Origin: Trichinella spiralis
Lineage: Eukaryota
Direction: 5' to 3'
DNA length: 64,000 nt
Assembly (NCBI RefSeq): GCF_000181795.1
Contig: NW_003526943.1
Coordinates: 10,536,789-10,600,788, forward strand
Under the pieces are notes generated by a model that worked only from the letters and a program-made list of their open reading frames with translations, was not told the DNA's origin and made no database searches. Below, one piece after another: positions 1 to 16,100 of this stretch. The stretch's first letter is position 1. Every line of letters starts with the position of its first letter. The translations under genes were made by a program, and so were the position numbers.

Positions 1-166
1 TTAATTTTTAGTGCAAAAGTGTAATTAAATCATGAAATTGCATATTGTTGTTTTAGTTATTTTGTTAAAGTTAATAAAAATATATAAAAAATAATTCTCA
101 CCGTATAATTATTTTTGATGTTTGTTTCATATGAGATAAACTGTATATATGACATTTTAAATTTAG

Positions 167-3360
<3,194 letters not shown>

Positions 3361-3730
3361 TTTTCGTCTTCTTTTGTATATTTACATTTTATATTTATTT
3401 AAAGAATATGGTTAAATTATGTAAAAATAATATTTTTTAAAGTGTGCTGTTGATGTATCGATTGTTTACAGACTGTGAGTTTTCAAAGTCATATTTATTA
3501 CATTTCAAAATTATTCATAAAGAAATAAATTGTTTATTCTAATATAATAATAAAAAAATATTTTATTAAATCACATTTTGAAAATTGTCAAGAAGGTTAA
3601 TTTATTGATGAACGATCTGTTTCAAATTTTATAAAATAAGTTTATTGAAAAGTTGAAAATTGATGCAAATTTTTTATTTTAAAAATTTCCACTAAAACCC
3701 ATTATATAATAATGTTGTTAATAGTCGTAT

Positions 3731-6700
3731 TCAAAACATATTATTCACCAGATTTTTTTTGTATGCAATTTTCTTCTTTTCTAAAACATCTGCTGTTTGG
3801 GACTTTGATTTATTTTTCTCTGTTTCTTCTTCGTCCTGAAAATACAAAAACAGAAAGCTTTATCATAAAAAATGACAAATGGTATAATTTTTGAAATAAA
3901 TAAAATTCACGGGTGAGGTTGCCTTTTTGACACAACGAGTCATGACAACGAATGCTCTTCTTTTGCGGTCGATTCCTTTGGGTCTGGAATATTTCAAAAG
4001 CGCGGTTAGCCTCTGTTTTGGGTTGATCGATTGTTCAAGCATCAGAATCACTTGAGCCCACTTGATAAATAAAATAATAGTGTTAATTATAATTATAATT
4101 TCTGCTTATTCAATACAAATTAAAATTTCAATCACTTGTCTTTTCCATTCCATTTGGGTTTCATTCACTGCTTCATATGTCCGTGTCATTGATGCGATGA
4201 ACATGTTGATCAGCAGAAGTGAGACGAGTATTTGGAAAAAGATGAAAACAAACTTAAAATAAGCAGTTTTCGAATTAATCCACTGCACTGAACACGCTGC
4301 AAGCCATACTTTTCCAAGAGTGGCTAGTCGACAAGTGTCGAGAACTTTGTACAGAATTTGAAATTCACCAACATTGACCATAAAAAGACGAGCCATCGCT
4401 TCCAACGGATGAGCAAGAGTATCCGGTGGCGGCATGCGTTCACTGCTTGAACTTAATATTTCAGTCGTATTCATTCCACGATGGCAGCCAAGAAAAATTA
4501 TAAAAAATGCTACAATTATTGTTTTTTTGAAATATATTTATCAGTGTTAATCAATTTGTTACCAACCTTGAGAAAAGCCAAATAAGAAGATCACGTAAAT
4601 TAATAAAAATCGAAATACATCACCAGCCATCATTTTGTAAAACATAATGACGAATGGACCAACCAATCGATTTGATCTACAGTACAAGTTTGCAAAGATG
4701 TTTCACTTTGTTTCATAAGATTTCTTATTGGGCAAAAATGTAAGCTTACCTCAGAAAAAATAAAAAATTAAACGAAGACATCAATACGGCCAAAGCGGAA
4801 GTGTAAAATTCTGCCTTGTAAGAGCATGTCAAGCGAAATATGATGCTCAGAAGCAGAAACAGAAATGATATCCAGAATGAACAAAGTCCAGGAAAAGAAG
4901 CCTATGCATGAAGATGTTTCTTTATTCAACAGCTGAATAACAGTTTAATAAATCATTACCAAACTTTTTATGTACAGTTTCCAAGTGATTCGCTTTATCT
5001 GAATGGCTGCGCCAATAACATACATCACAGCACCGCATATTGTACAAATTTCCAAAATTACTCGAGCCTAAAATTTTAAAATAATGTTGTATTTTGAAAA
5101 AAATAAATAGTAAAAAAGTATATATTATTACTAAATCATAATAATCATATATTTTGAGTAGTCGACAACAAGTGACATTTATATTCATGGGTGTCATTCC
5201 GGCTTCCAAGTATGGTAATTCAACTAAAATAATAATGCTGAAGCAATGCTAAAGTTGAATGGCTGAACAATAATTTTTCATACTGTTGTATGTTGTTGGA
5301 CGTAAAACTACAGCGGAACAGAGAAAAGCAAAATATATGATAAATTTGAAAAGTTGCGTAGCAAATCTAAACCAAGTTTCATTTCTATTATGCATATTTT
5401 TGATTTTGTCGTTACCTTCTCTTGCCAAAAACTTTCCACTTTGCTTCTAACACATTCTCAATCAAACCGTCAATTAATTGCAAATGACAGCTTGTTTCCT
5501 GAAATGAAATGATAAAAAAAGAATGTTGAAAATTGCAAAAGTTTTCACATCGATGCAATAATTAGTAATGTACTCCAAAGACAATCAGCGATAAAGCGCT
5601 GATGGGCATCAAATCGCCAGTTTGTTCTTCAATTGTATCAATGTTCGACAATGGATAGGCAATCCATGTCACTGATCCGTATGTCCAGAGTTCTTCTTTT
5701 TCATAATTTAGAACATGATTGAACATCTGAATTTCAAAATGAGCAACGGCATTATTTATTTATTTATTTCTTGGCTAACCAATTCTGCTAACTACCTGCT
5801 TTTTTCCAAGTTTTGCTGCCAATGTAAGAGGTGTTAAATTTTGATTATTTTTTATGTGCAATTTCGCGCCCAGTTTGTAAAGCAAATCAAAAATATCCTA
5901 CAATTGAAACAAATGATCACCCGCACAACGCGTTACTTGCGTCTCAAACATACTGGCAATTCATGAATGACCATCAGATGTAGTACTGTATTTCCGTTAG
6001 TATCTCGCATGTTTAGATCAGCTTTTGCGGCTTTCAGCATGCGGCAACAGTCCGGCTGTCGAGTGCAAGCGGCAAACGACAATGGATATTCACCCCAGTA
6101 TGTTCGCCTACAACAATAAATACAAGCACCTTTTTCCAATTTCAAAATATAAACTGCATTTACAATCTCTACCCTGCATAATTTGTATTTTGATGAATGT
6201 CAACCCATTCATGTTCCAAAGAATCTGTTCGACTTTCTTTTTGATCATCCGGACAAAAGAATGCACCATAGCAACGTTGGTGTACATCAGCTCCATGCTG
6301 CAGTAAAAATCGTACCATTGCAATATCTTCGTTAACGATAGCTTGATGCAACGGCGATTGGCCTCAAATTGTATGATTACACGTTTTTATTCATCATATA
6401 AAAATAAAGTTGCGTTACTTCAAAAATTTGTTAAAAAAATAAAAAGAAATTATTCTGCCTTTTAATGTAAATGAAATTTATAAATGTTATAATAAAATAT
6501 TGGCAATCTGATTAACAGATGAAAATTTTTTTCCTTATCGGTTAAATAATTATCCTCAAAGAATATCGCTTGTCACGTCGAATTTGCATACACATTTGGC
6601 AAGCTGTTGTGATAGAGCAATTGTTATCCATTTTACAAATAATGCATCATTCAAAACATGTTGATTTGAATTGTTGAAGCGGAACCGATCAATTGATAAA

Positions 6701-7743
6701 CCTGTTGTACCAATAATCATAAGCGAATTTCGAATTATGAATTCTTTCAAAAATGAAAACAATCGATTTTTATTCAAAGGTCCTTTGTGTAATTGAAATA
6801 AAAAGAATCAGATGGAAAGTTTATTTTTCTAATGTTATCTATTTTATTTCTATTGTGTATTGTGAAAATATTCTTCTTTGTAAGCATTATATTGAATTAA
6901 TATTTAAATTTAAACAATTTCAAGTATAGAAACTGATGATGTTGAAAAAATTACAATGAATCATTATTTTCTTAATGATTATTTATTGAGGATAATTTTT
7001 ATCAGCAAATCAAAGCTTACCATAATATTCTTCTGACAAATAGATGTCGTTCACCAATTTCGGAAATGTCCTTATCAATATTTTAGCTACCTCATTGTGC
7101 AGATGAGTTCCGTTGAGGAGACATATGTGAACCAATGTTTCACCCATTGCACCGCGTTGTGAAATATCCCAGCAAAGTTCTCTGTATTTAGAAGCTCCAC
7201 CTTGTTTGCCTCCTCCTCCGTCGAGACGTTTCAAAGCTAGAAAATAAATGGAAAATATGCAAAAATGATGCTTGTTGTTTGCTTGGTATTTTGCGTAGAA
7301 TTTTACCTTTCATCATGTCGCCTTGCATGTTGTCTTGATTGACATTTTCCAATATGTTGGGGCCGCTTTTGCCTTTTCCCTTTTTCCTGCGCAATGTGCT
7401 GAGTAAAGCGTTGCGTTCATCGTTGCGCATCTTGACCAATTCCGATATGGGCACCAATTTGCCCTTGCCTCCGCCATACAGGAACGGTGTAATCTTAAAT
7501 TGATGTACATTGTAAAGGTGGAATAAAAATTAAATAACGCAAAAAATTCAACACCTTCAATTCGATCAGACCGTCCAGTATGTTGTAATCTCCAATCGAC
7601 ATGGAATATTTCATCCATTGGATCAATTCACCTTCGCCGTTGTAATCGACCAGACGGTAAAGTTTGCTGTTCTGCGATTCTTGGGCTCTTTTAATGCCAA
7701 TGACTAAATTTGCAGTGGCGCTTGTTGTCGGTGTGTTGCCCAT
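3731..7743 (-). CDS. TRPV cation channel, OCR/Nanchung subfamily (ocr-2-like), multi-exon. First exons 7743-7555, 7493-7307, 7236-7021; the fourth starts at 6362. Last exon (about 3835-3731) is less certain
   Basis: Start MGNTPTT; ankyrin-repeat motifs [90 protein letters not shown]. Pore/S6/TRP region LFMVNVGEF...[16 protein letters not shown]...[14 protein letters not shown]. The [14 protein letters not shown]...LDGGG insert is as remembered from C. elegans OCR proteins. Confidence 0.92.
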
Positions 7744-8503
7744 GTTCAACTGCCACTCTGCTTCTGCTTCTTCACTTTAGCTGCAGCTTTTGCGTCTGCA
7801 CGAGCTATCGGTGAGCTCTGCGGTCCAGGCATTTAATATTAATTTGTCCATGAAAGTTCAATCAGCTGCCAAATGGATGCATTCATATTGTCAATTGACC
7901 AGGAGAAAATGGTCGACAGCGATTTGTCGAATAGTCATTCATTTTCAATTGCATCCGCCGTAACGTTGGAAATTGTTCATCCATAGCTAAGTTGAGAAGT
8001 GATTCAGAAAAATAAAAATCAACGATCAAGAAAAAAAAAAGGAAAAGATATTAAAATGGGGGGATATGCATTTTTCTCTTTGCACACTTATTATCATTAA
8101 CATTGTGCGACGAATCCAATTGGAACAAATTCAACTTTTTAACACAATCTGCTTATTTAAATTTGAACAAACAATAAGAGAAGAATCAAAAATTGACAAA
8201 TTTGCATTTACAATTTTAATTGTAATTTTATGCATACAAAAATAAAAAAAATCTTGCTGTTTACAAATTGCCAAATGGAACTTCACGCACGAATAAATAG
8301 GTGCTGCAATCGATAATTACTGATTTTAATAGCACTTGTCACATTTGAAATGCTTGGATTTGTGAAATAAATTTAAATGTATCAACTGAAAATTTCAAAT
8401 ATATACACATATGTTATATTTTTCAAATCTAATCAAAGTAAATTATTGTTTCATGATAATAAAATGTAATTGATCAAGGTATTTGTTTTTTATTTTGTAA
8501 TTT

Positions 8504-9685
8504 TCATTTATTTATTGGAAGGTAGTTGAAAAGAGCACCAACTGGAAAGTGATCCGATCCATGAATGCTGTTTGGCATGGATTTGTTCAGTTTGTCCATT
8601 TGAAATGAGCGAAAATCGATCCGGCGTACCCATTCCAGGAGACCAATTGGAACCGAACCCGCGGCTTGTTCGTCCGTGGGCGACGAGTAGAAAATATGAT
8701 CGACGATGTGATGATTCGGAGAGGCAAACGAAACTTTCTCTTCGTGCTCGCTGAAGTGATAAACCGAGTCGAACGCAAACGTGTGACCAAGAGAAGCTTT
8801 GCGAAACGAAGAAGCATGCGTCGTGGTGGGCGTGGCCTGGGCGTCTTCCTTGAAGCAGCAGTTGCTTTCGTCGATTCCCAATTCTGGCGGCAACAGTGGA
8901 AACTGCAAACCAGAGCCCACTTTGCGAAAATAGCCGGATACGTGATATTTGTCGACAAACGGATAAAACAGAACCCCGTTCAAAATGAACGACAACACCG
9001 GAGACAAAGCGGTGGAGTTGAAATCGCCGCACATGACCACCGCCCGCTGTTGGCGCTGTCCACTGTTCCCATCTTCTACTGTGGCCAATTTTTTCACATG
9101 TGCCAAAAGTATGGCCAGTTGAATCAATTTCACATCACCATTAATCTGATCCGCCCGTAGGTGCGTATTCGCCACGACAACAGTACGCTGAGCTTCGGTC
9201 AAGTCGGAACGTGCGTCCAAGGCTCGGATGCGCAAGCATGCGATCAAGCCGATCTGATACGGGACGACAATTCTCCCGGGAATGGTCAGCTCGACACCTT
9301 TGACACTGACCATTGAAAAAACACTCCTCTTCCAGGCGATCAGAATTCCATCGGGTCGGTCGCCTTTCTGCTTGTAAATCGTCGAATAGCCTCTGTAATA
9401 GAAATACGGTACAAACCACCGTTTCAAATCGGCTTCATCAACTTCTTGAAGACAATAAACATCGGCACTGATTTCGTCGATCATTTTTTCCAAACAATTC
9501 CTACGGTACGTCCAGTTCAAATGTTGAGGATTGCAACGTCGATAGTTGTTGTTGTTCGTGCTGATCAACGTCTGACTGAGAACATTGTACGAGCAGACGC
9601 TGAATCCCGCACTGCCAGCTGAAATTTGGTACTCTCTGCCGGTGGTTTGTATTTCATTTTCGAGCAAATCATCCACCGACGACAT
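8504..9685 (-). CDS. Angel-family (CCR4/nocturnin/EEP superfamily) phosphatase-like protein; single coding exon, about 393 aa
   Basis: EEP motifs SYNVLSQ, CLQEVD, PDG, VANTHL, MCGDFNS, VDHIFYS, GSDHFP. Angel-type YRRC...LNW..R, GDVKLIQLAILL and HTFAFDSVY segments. An in-frame TAA lies just upstream of the ATG at 9685, and no intron is needed. Confidence 0.85.
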   Translation of the reverse strand: MSSVDDLLENEIQTTGREYQISAGSAGFSVCSYNVLSQTLISTNNNNYRRCNPQHLNWTYRRNCLEKMIDEISADVYCLQEVDEADLKRWFVPYFYYRGYSTIYKQKGDRPDGILIAWKRSVFSMVSVKGVELTIPGRIVVPYQIGLIACLRIRALDARSDLTEAQRTVVVANTHLRADQINGDVKLIQLAILLAHVKKLATVEDGNSGQRQQRAVVMCGDFNSTALSPVLSFILNGVLFYPFVDKYHVSGYFRKVGSGLQFPLLPPELGIDESNCCFKEDAQATPTTTHASSFRKASLGHTFAFDSVYHFSEHEEKVSFASPNHHIVDHIFYSSPTDEQAAGSVPIGLLEWVRRIDFRSFQMDKLNKSMPNSIHGSDHFPVGALFNYLPINK

Positions 9686-11727
9686 CACCACGATCTCTTA
9701 ACCCACCTATTCAAAATACAACGTCCTCCTTTAGCAATTATGCACTGTCGATTGTGCTGAAATTATCAATTTTTTTAAATATACAATACAAGATGAATAT
9801 GCTTAAATGATAAACGAAATACAACTATTTTCAAACACAACCGATACGTATGCATTCATTCAATGCAAAATAAAACATACGAACAAAACTGATTCGAAAA
9901 TAAATTAAACACAAAAAAACATCCTTCTTCCATGAAATATACAATAAAACTTGAAGTAATTTTCACAAATTATCCTAAACTAGCATTAAAAAATCGAGCA
10001 TGGAAAATTGCTGACTGAATTATCAGTTTAAATTTATTCAATTAACACCTCAATAAAATTTATTAAAACGTACCATCGATTTTTACTGCTATACATGCAA
10101 TAAATCGACTGCGCATCAATCAGCAACACAAAACAACAACTTCAAAATAATCATCGGTAAAATAAATTCAAATGCACGAACAACAGTAGTCCATAATTAT
10201 AATAAAAATACACGCATCATTATGAATTTTTTGAAAAATAAATTAAGCTTAAATTAATCTAACCTTAAAATTTAAGAAACTTAATTATCAGTTAATGCAA
10301 TTTTATGCATTGAAATGTAAATTTCAAATTTACTTTTTAATTTTTCAAGTTTGAGAAGGTTGACACATTTTACACAGTAATAATGAAAATCAGGTAATAC
10401 TAATTTTTAAATTTTATTTGTAAATAGAGGACAATGAAGCAGATCTCATCAAATGGTGTTGGCCGTGGTCTCATCAAATTTTCAAATGATATCCTATCGT
10501 TATTTAACAGTATCCACTTTAATTAGGCATTTCCACGCATCTGAAGTTCATACACAAACAAATCATAAAAATGTATTTATTTTTCAATATCAAAATGAAC
10601 GTTAAAAAATTATATTTATCAACGTATATTGCTCAGTTTGGCAGTTTATAAAATAAACAAAATTAATAACTTCTGTGTAATTTTGAAAAATTGACAGATT
10701 AGAAGGATGGTTACGTTGGGAAAAATTAATTCTTATTGTTCATTTAAACTGTTTCAAAATTTTCAAACTGACTTACTTTATGACATAAAAATCTTTTACA
10801 TTAACAATTTAAATGAAAATTTCAAATATTTGCATTGAAGCAAATTAAAATTAAACCAATTTTTGTTATCAATCAATCAATCAATCAGTCAATAACTAAA
10901 AATAAAGCTGAAGGTCATGTTGAACCAGTTTTGCAATCTTTATTTAACTGCAGCAATTATAATTTAAATTTTTTGCATACATCACTTATTCAAAATATCA
11001 TCTAATTATGGTCTTTTAATTTGAAATTGACAATAAATAAATCTTTGCAAACTTTGCAAAGAAATGCATTTTAACGTTGAAACAAAATAACATTTTACCG
11101 TATAATTCTGTTTTTTATTCACTTTTATTCATTCAACTGTTAAAATAAAAAAATTTCTGTCATTCTATGAAAACTGTTTAAAATATTTTTGTATACAAAT
11201 GATTTACTGTAACATATTTTAGTCAAGTTTAAATTTTCAAAAGATAAAGAATAAATATCGAAATGTGAACGTTTGACAATTTAAACGGTTAAATAAATCA
11301 AAAATTATTATGTTAACATGTAGGTCTAAAACAAAAGAATTTACATTCAATTATTTATCGTGTGGATATTGTAATAACTATTAATTATTACAATTGTAAT
11401 AAACAATTGACATAGAAATTCAATACTGTCGTGAATAAATGAAATTTTTTTTTATAAAAAATTCAACAAAATGCAAGCATGACTTATTTGTAAAAATCAA
11501 AAAAATTGGATGAAATCAGAATTTATTGAAATTAATTTGAAAATTGGGAAACGTAAAACAATTTGAAATTTCAAATTATCCAAGTTCCTGCATATTGATC
11601 AAAGGAACGAACTAAAAATAAGAATAAAACTGCAAACGTAAAGTAGATTTGATTGTATGTAATATATAATTCAGAAAAATTGACAAAAAAATAATAAAAG
11701 TGAATAATAATTTTCAAGTTTCACATT

Positions 11728-13138
11728 TCACCAAAGACCCTTGGAAAAGCCACCCGGTGGCTGACGAACCCTGGCACTTTGCGAAATTGGTTTCTTTGTA
11801 AAACTTTCCTCTTCAAATTCATTTTTATTGAAATTGTTGTTCGTGTCGTTTGTATTTGCATCCGAGAAGCTAATTTTGGTCAAGCCATTTTCACTTCCAC
11901 TAGTTTCATTTTTGGACAAGTCCCCATTGAACATACCGTCCATTTGGTCAATGGTATCATCGTCTTCGGATGCTCTTTTCAAATTGCCATTATGCTTCAC
12001 TACCACTTAAAAAAAGCAATTTTCAAACCAATTCTTTGAACTGTCCAAAGTGGTCGAAATTGTTGAATAAACTGCATCAGTTTTATGAGCAATTTTAAAA
12101 ATTAAAAATATTTTCAATTATACCAATTGGCCTTCTTTTTTGAAACTCGTTTCATTTTTACGGCAACAGAAAGTTCAAGTAACCTTGAAAATTTTCATAC
12201 AATCTACCGCGATAAAGGCAGTGAAAAAAGCAACTTCTTGAAAATCAAGTTCACAATCGATAATAAATTCAGTTAAAATTAACATGAAAATTTTACGATA
12301 ACATTTATTATTATTCAAAAAAAACGACCGTTTTATGAGATTTTCAAGTTTGTCATATTAAAATGAAAACATAATCTTGTACTAGTATTATTGCAAAATT
12401 TTTATAATCTAAAAGTTTTATTTGCTCATTTAATGAATAATTAATTGAAGAAATTTTTTGTTTAACAATCTGAATGAATAAAGTTAGTTTGAAAAGATTC
12501 TTTATTTCAATAATGATAAAATTTAATTCGAACCTGCTTCTTTTTTGACAACTGCAACAGGAGATTTTTGGTCATGCGTACAAAAGACAGATGAACGATA
12601 TGTATCAGACAAACGAGAACGTCGTGGGGTAAACTCTTGGTCTGTTGTTCCAAAAAGACGATCTTTGGTATTCAAATTGGCACTAGGTGATTTCTAAATG
12701 CAAATTATTTGTTAAAAATTCATTATATATATATAACACATCCACATCCATGTTTTATAATACAAAATTTATTTATCATTATGATATACAGTAAAATCAA
12801 CGAATAAGAATTTCAATAGTTGATTTAATTAAATATAATAGTATCATTAATAAGAGAAAAGTCGAATAAAATTTCAAATGGAATAATAATTATAATAATA
12901 GAATTGAATAAATAAATAATGTGGAATTTCTTACTTTCATTGAAGGTCTGAATTCAGATTCCATTGCAGCGAAGATTGAAGATTTTTGATTATTTCGAAC
13001 CCGACGTGGCGTAGCAGAAGGGCAGCGGTCAGAATGGAGCGAGAAGATATCACTGCCGAAATGACTTGGGGTTGTATTCGTCCTGGTTAAATGGAAATAA
13101 TTTTCACTTTTGACATTGCATGTTCCACTTTTTGCCAT
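11728..13138 (-). CDS. Jupiter/HN1-like microtubule-associated protein. Exons 13138-12935, 12693-12534, 12005-11728
   Basis: GSDIF...TPRRVRN..KSSIF, TKDRLFG and a terminal RVRQPPGGFSKGLW* match the Jupiter-family pattern (PPGG.S.GLW end). GT-AG introns in phases 0 and 1 join cleanly. Confidence 0.8.
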
Positions 13139-16100
13139 TTTGCCGGTTTAAAATTTAACTTTTGTTCACAATAACAGCTTTGAACATACAATACAGTGGA
13201 AAACTGAAGATTTCTCAAGACTTTTCCACAACGGTCAAGGTCGACAGATGCTTTCGACAAAATTTAAATTTAAACTTCAAAATAAACTCTACGAAATTCT
13301 CTTTTCACACTTATCTCATCTCACACTCTTATTATACTTTTCTTTTCACGCTCCAAGCTATTATATATATAGCCTCAATGAGGGAGCTTTATTCCAATAC
13401 TGTGAAGCAAATTTCCCCCATACAAATGTTGGAAAAAATAGAACATGAATTTTTTTGTTTAGGTAAAATTACAAAAAAAAATTATTTAAATAAATTTTAA
13501 AAGTCACACTGCTATTCTGTCAATAAATAATTTTTGAACATTTACATTTTATACCTCAGTCAAAAGTGAAGAAAACATTCGCTAAATAATCAACACTCGC
13601 AATAATTTAATATTGAAAATTAGTTTAGGAATTACGAAGAATTAAGAACATTTAGCTTTGCTAATACTCAGTTTAATATATGTGTGCAGATTTTTAATCT
13701 CAATATCAGTGTCCCGCATTTGATGATGCAATTGCCAGGATAGACAGAGGCTTTTTACTGATTACTGAAGTCAATTGATTGACTGAGTTGTAGTTTCACA
13801 TAAATAATGCAATTTTTGCAATACTATAAGAAAAAAAAAGATTATAAAAGATTTAAATATGATTTAAAATGAAAATAATTTTTCAGTTGGTGCATTGGAA
13901 ATGTTTCACAACAATTCGACAATCTGAACAAATATATAAACTGCTTATTCCATTATATAAATTGTTGGTTAACGAGAAATTCAATACACGTAAAACTTTT
14001 CAACACTACATTAAATCAAGATGTTTGCTAATATAAAAGCAAACTGTTTTTACATACGTATTTCTATGGTGTTAAATAAAAATTTTTGAACAATAACCTC
14101 TGATAGGCCTAGGTACTATCACAGCAACAGCAAGATAATTCTTAGAGATTATAAATTTAAGTTGTATCTACATTTATTGAATTTATTTGTTTTCGGAAAA
14201 TATTGCTAAAATATTCAAAAACATGCTTTTGTAAAAATAAATTTAAACATAATATACTGATACATTGCTAAAATAAATGAAACACCTTTTTATTGCATTA
14301 CAATTTTGAAAATTGACAATAAATTAAAAGTACCTTTTAGAATAAATTTTCAACTAATAAACCACACGGAATGTACAAAATTCAAATACTTTAGAATTAT
14401 TGCATTTTATTTTATTTTGAAATGAAACCAATTTCATCGACTGAACTGTTTTGTTCTTTTAGCCGAATTTAGGCCAAAGCTTAAATTAATTATTAATGTT
14501 TCTAATGAAAGCGTAAATGCAGCATAAGTAGACATGTGAAAATTGACCTCTGTTTTCGAATAAAATTTAATAAAATTTCTTCTGAGCAATAAAATCGAAA
14601 TGACACTCTGAAACTCAATTAGCCAATTCTCTGCCGATGAACAACAATCCGCCTAAAACGGCTGCCTAATTCAATGCAGCATTCATTTATTTTTCATTAA
14701 TTATCCTCAAGTAACAGCAATTTAAAATATACTTTAATAACAAAAGACAAATAAAATAGTTTAAAGTTAATAAATACAAATTCTTATACTTATCTCTAAC
14801 TGATAATAGAATTGTATTTAAACAAGTAGATAGATAAGATTACAAAGATATTGCAAAGCTTAAATATTCAAGAGATGGACTGAAGTGTAAGGTACAATTG
14901 AAGTAAAATGTAAAACATGCTAATTGCATCTTTGGGTATCTATTACACTGATTCGCTTGAAAAATTCCATTAAATTAGATGAAAAAGCTGTCGATGCGTG
15001 TAAAAAATCAAATAAAAATGGCATATATTCCAATATGTTTTCTTTAAAATATTCATTTCAACCTTCATTTTAAGAATTCAAAAGCAGTCGTTAAGCATTC
15101 AAATAGCACAAAGCACAATGAACAAAGTCAAGAAATTGCCCTGTTGAATGCTAATTTAAAACATTCTTTTTTCTTGTTTAAAAAGCTGCTAAATTTGCAA
15201 CGGAAGATGCTAAATGAAAAAGCGCGTAATTTTGTCTTCCTTCATTTATCTTTTGATATTTTATTGCATTAAAAAATTAATTATAATAACTATAAAATTC
15301 TCTTAATTTCCTAATTAAGTTAATTTTTCAACTTGCTGTGCTTGGCTTTTTTAAAATAGTATAACCAATTTTTTACAAAGTACTTGACGTTTTAATAGAC
15401 CTTTAATGACATGGTAAAATTGTAATTCACATCATGCATGCAATCTTTTCAACTGATATGCAAAATTTATGCACGGCAATGTCAAAAGTCGGTTTGAAGT
15501 TAATTTGTAAATTTCATGCAAAATGGGTTAATGATCAATGCACAACCCAAATTTCAAATCAAGTATTATCACTTCTCATTCAAATATTTCAAGGATTGAT
15601 CGCAGTTCAATTTAAATATTTCTGACGTTTCTTTTCTCATTATGAAATGCACAAATTATTGCATTTACAATATGAATAACATTCTTCTATTTTCATTTAA
15701 GCAAGTACCTTTATAAATTTATAATAAAACAAAAGTCAGAGATGAGAATTTATGGCCTATGTTCATTTATTTCATTTTCAATTTCAAAATGAAAGAGTTT
15801 AATGTAAAATAATAAAAATTCACAACTCCACCCGTAAATCAATCATAGGTTGAAAAGGAAACCATTTTGTCAATTTCAGTTAAGCAAAATACCAATTACG
15901 GCGCTAAAATGGAACAAGTTTTAAAATAATCAAAAATTTCTGAATAATCAACTTATACACACTTGTTGCTTTCATATTACAACATTTTTTAGTTTAAATA
16001 AAACGTATTTCAAACATTAAAGTCATAGAAGTTATGCTAATATTTGTTTAATAGCTACATTCAGTTTGTAATTCTAAAAATAGTCAACACCCTTTCTTTG

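Noticed and set aside
8508..9419. Several 60-174 aa ORFs overlapping the Angel CDS on both strands
   Set aside because: Shadow ORFs expected in GC-richer coding DNA; only one frame carries EEP motifs.
7743..9685. Functional link between a nicotinamide-sensitive TRPV and the adjacent EEP enzyme as an NADP phosphatase
   Set aside because: The enzyme's motifs look Angel-like rather than nocturnin-like, and adjacency in a eukaryote is not evidence of a shared pathway.
12124..12183. AG...GT-bounded segment in Jupiter intron 2 as an extra exon
   Set aside because: In the required phase it has a TAA after 8 codons, and exons 2 and 3 already join in frame. A poison exon cannot be supported from sequence alone.
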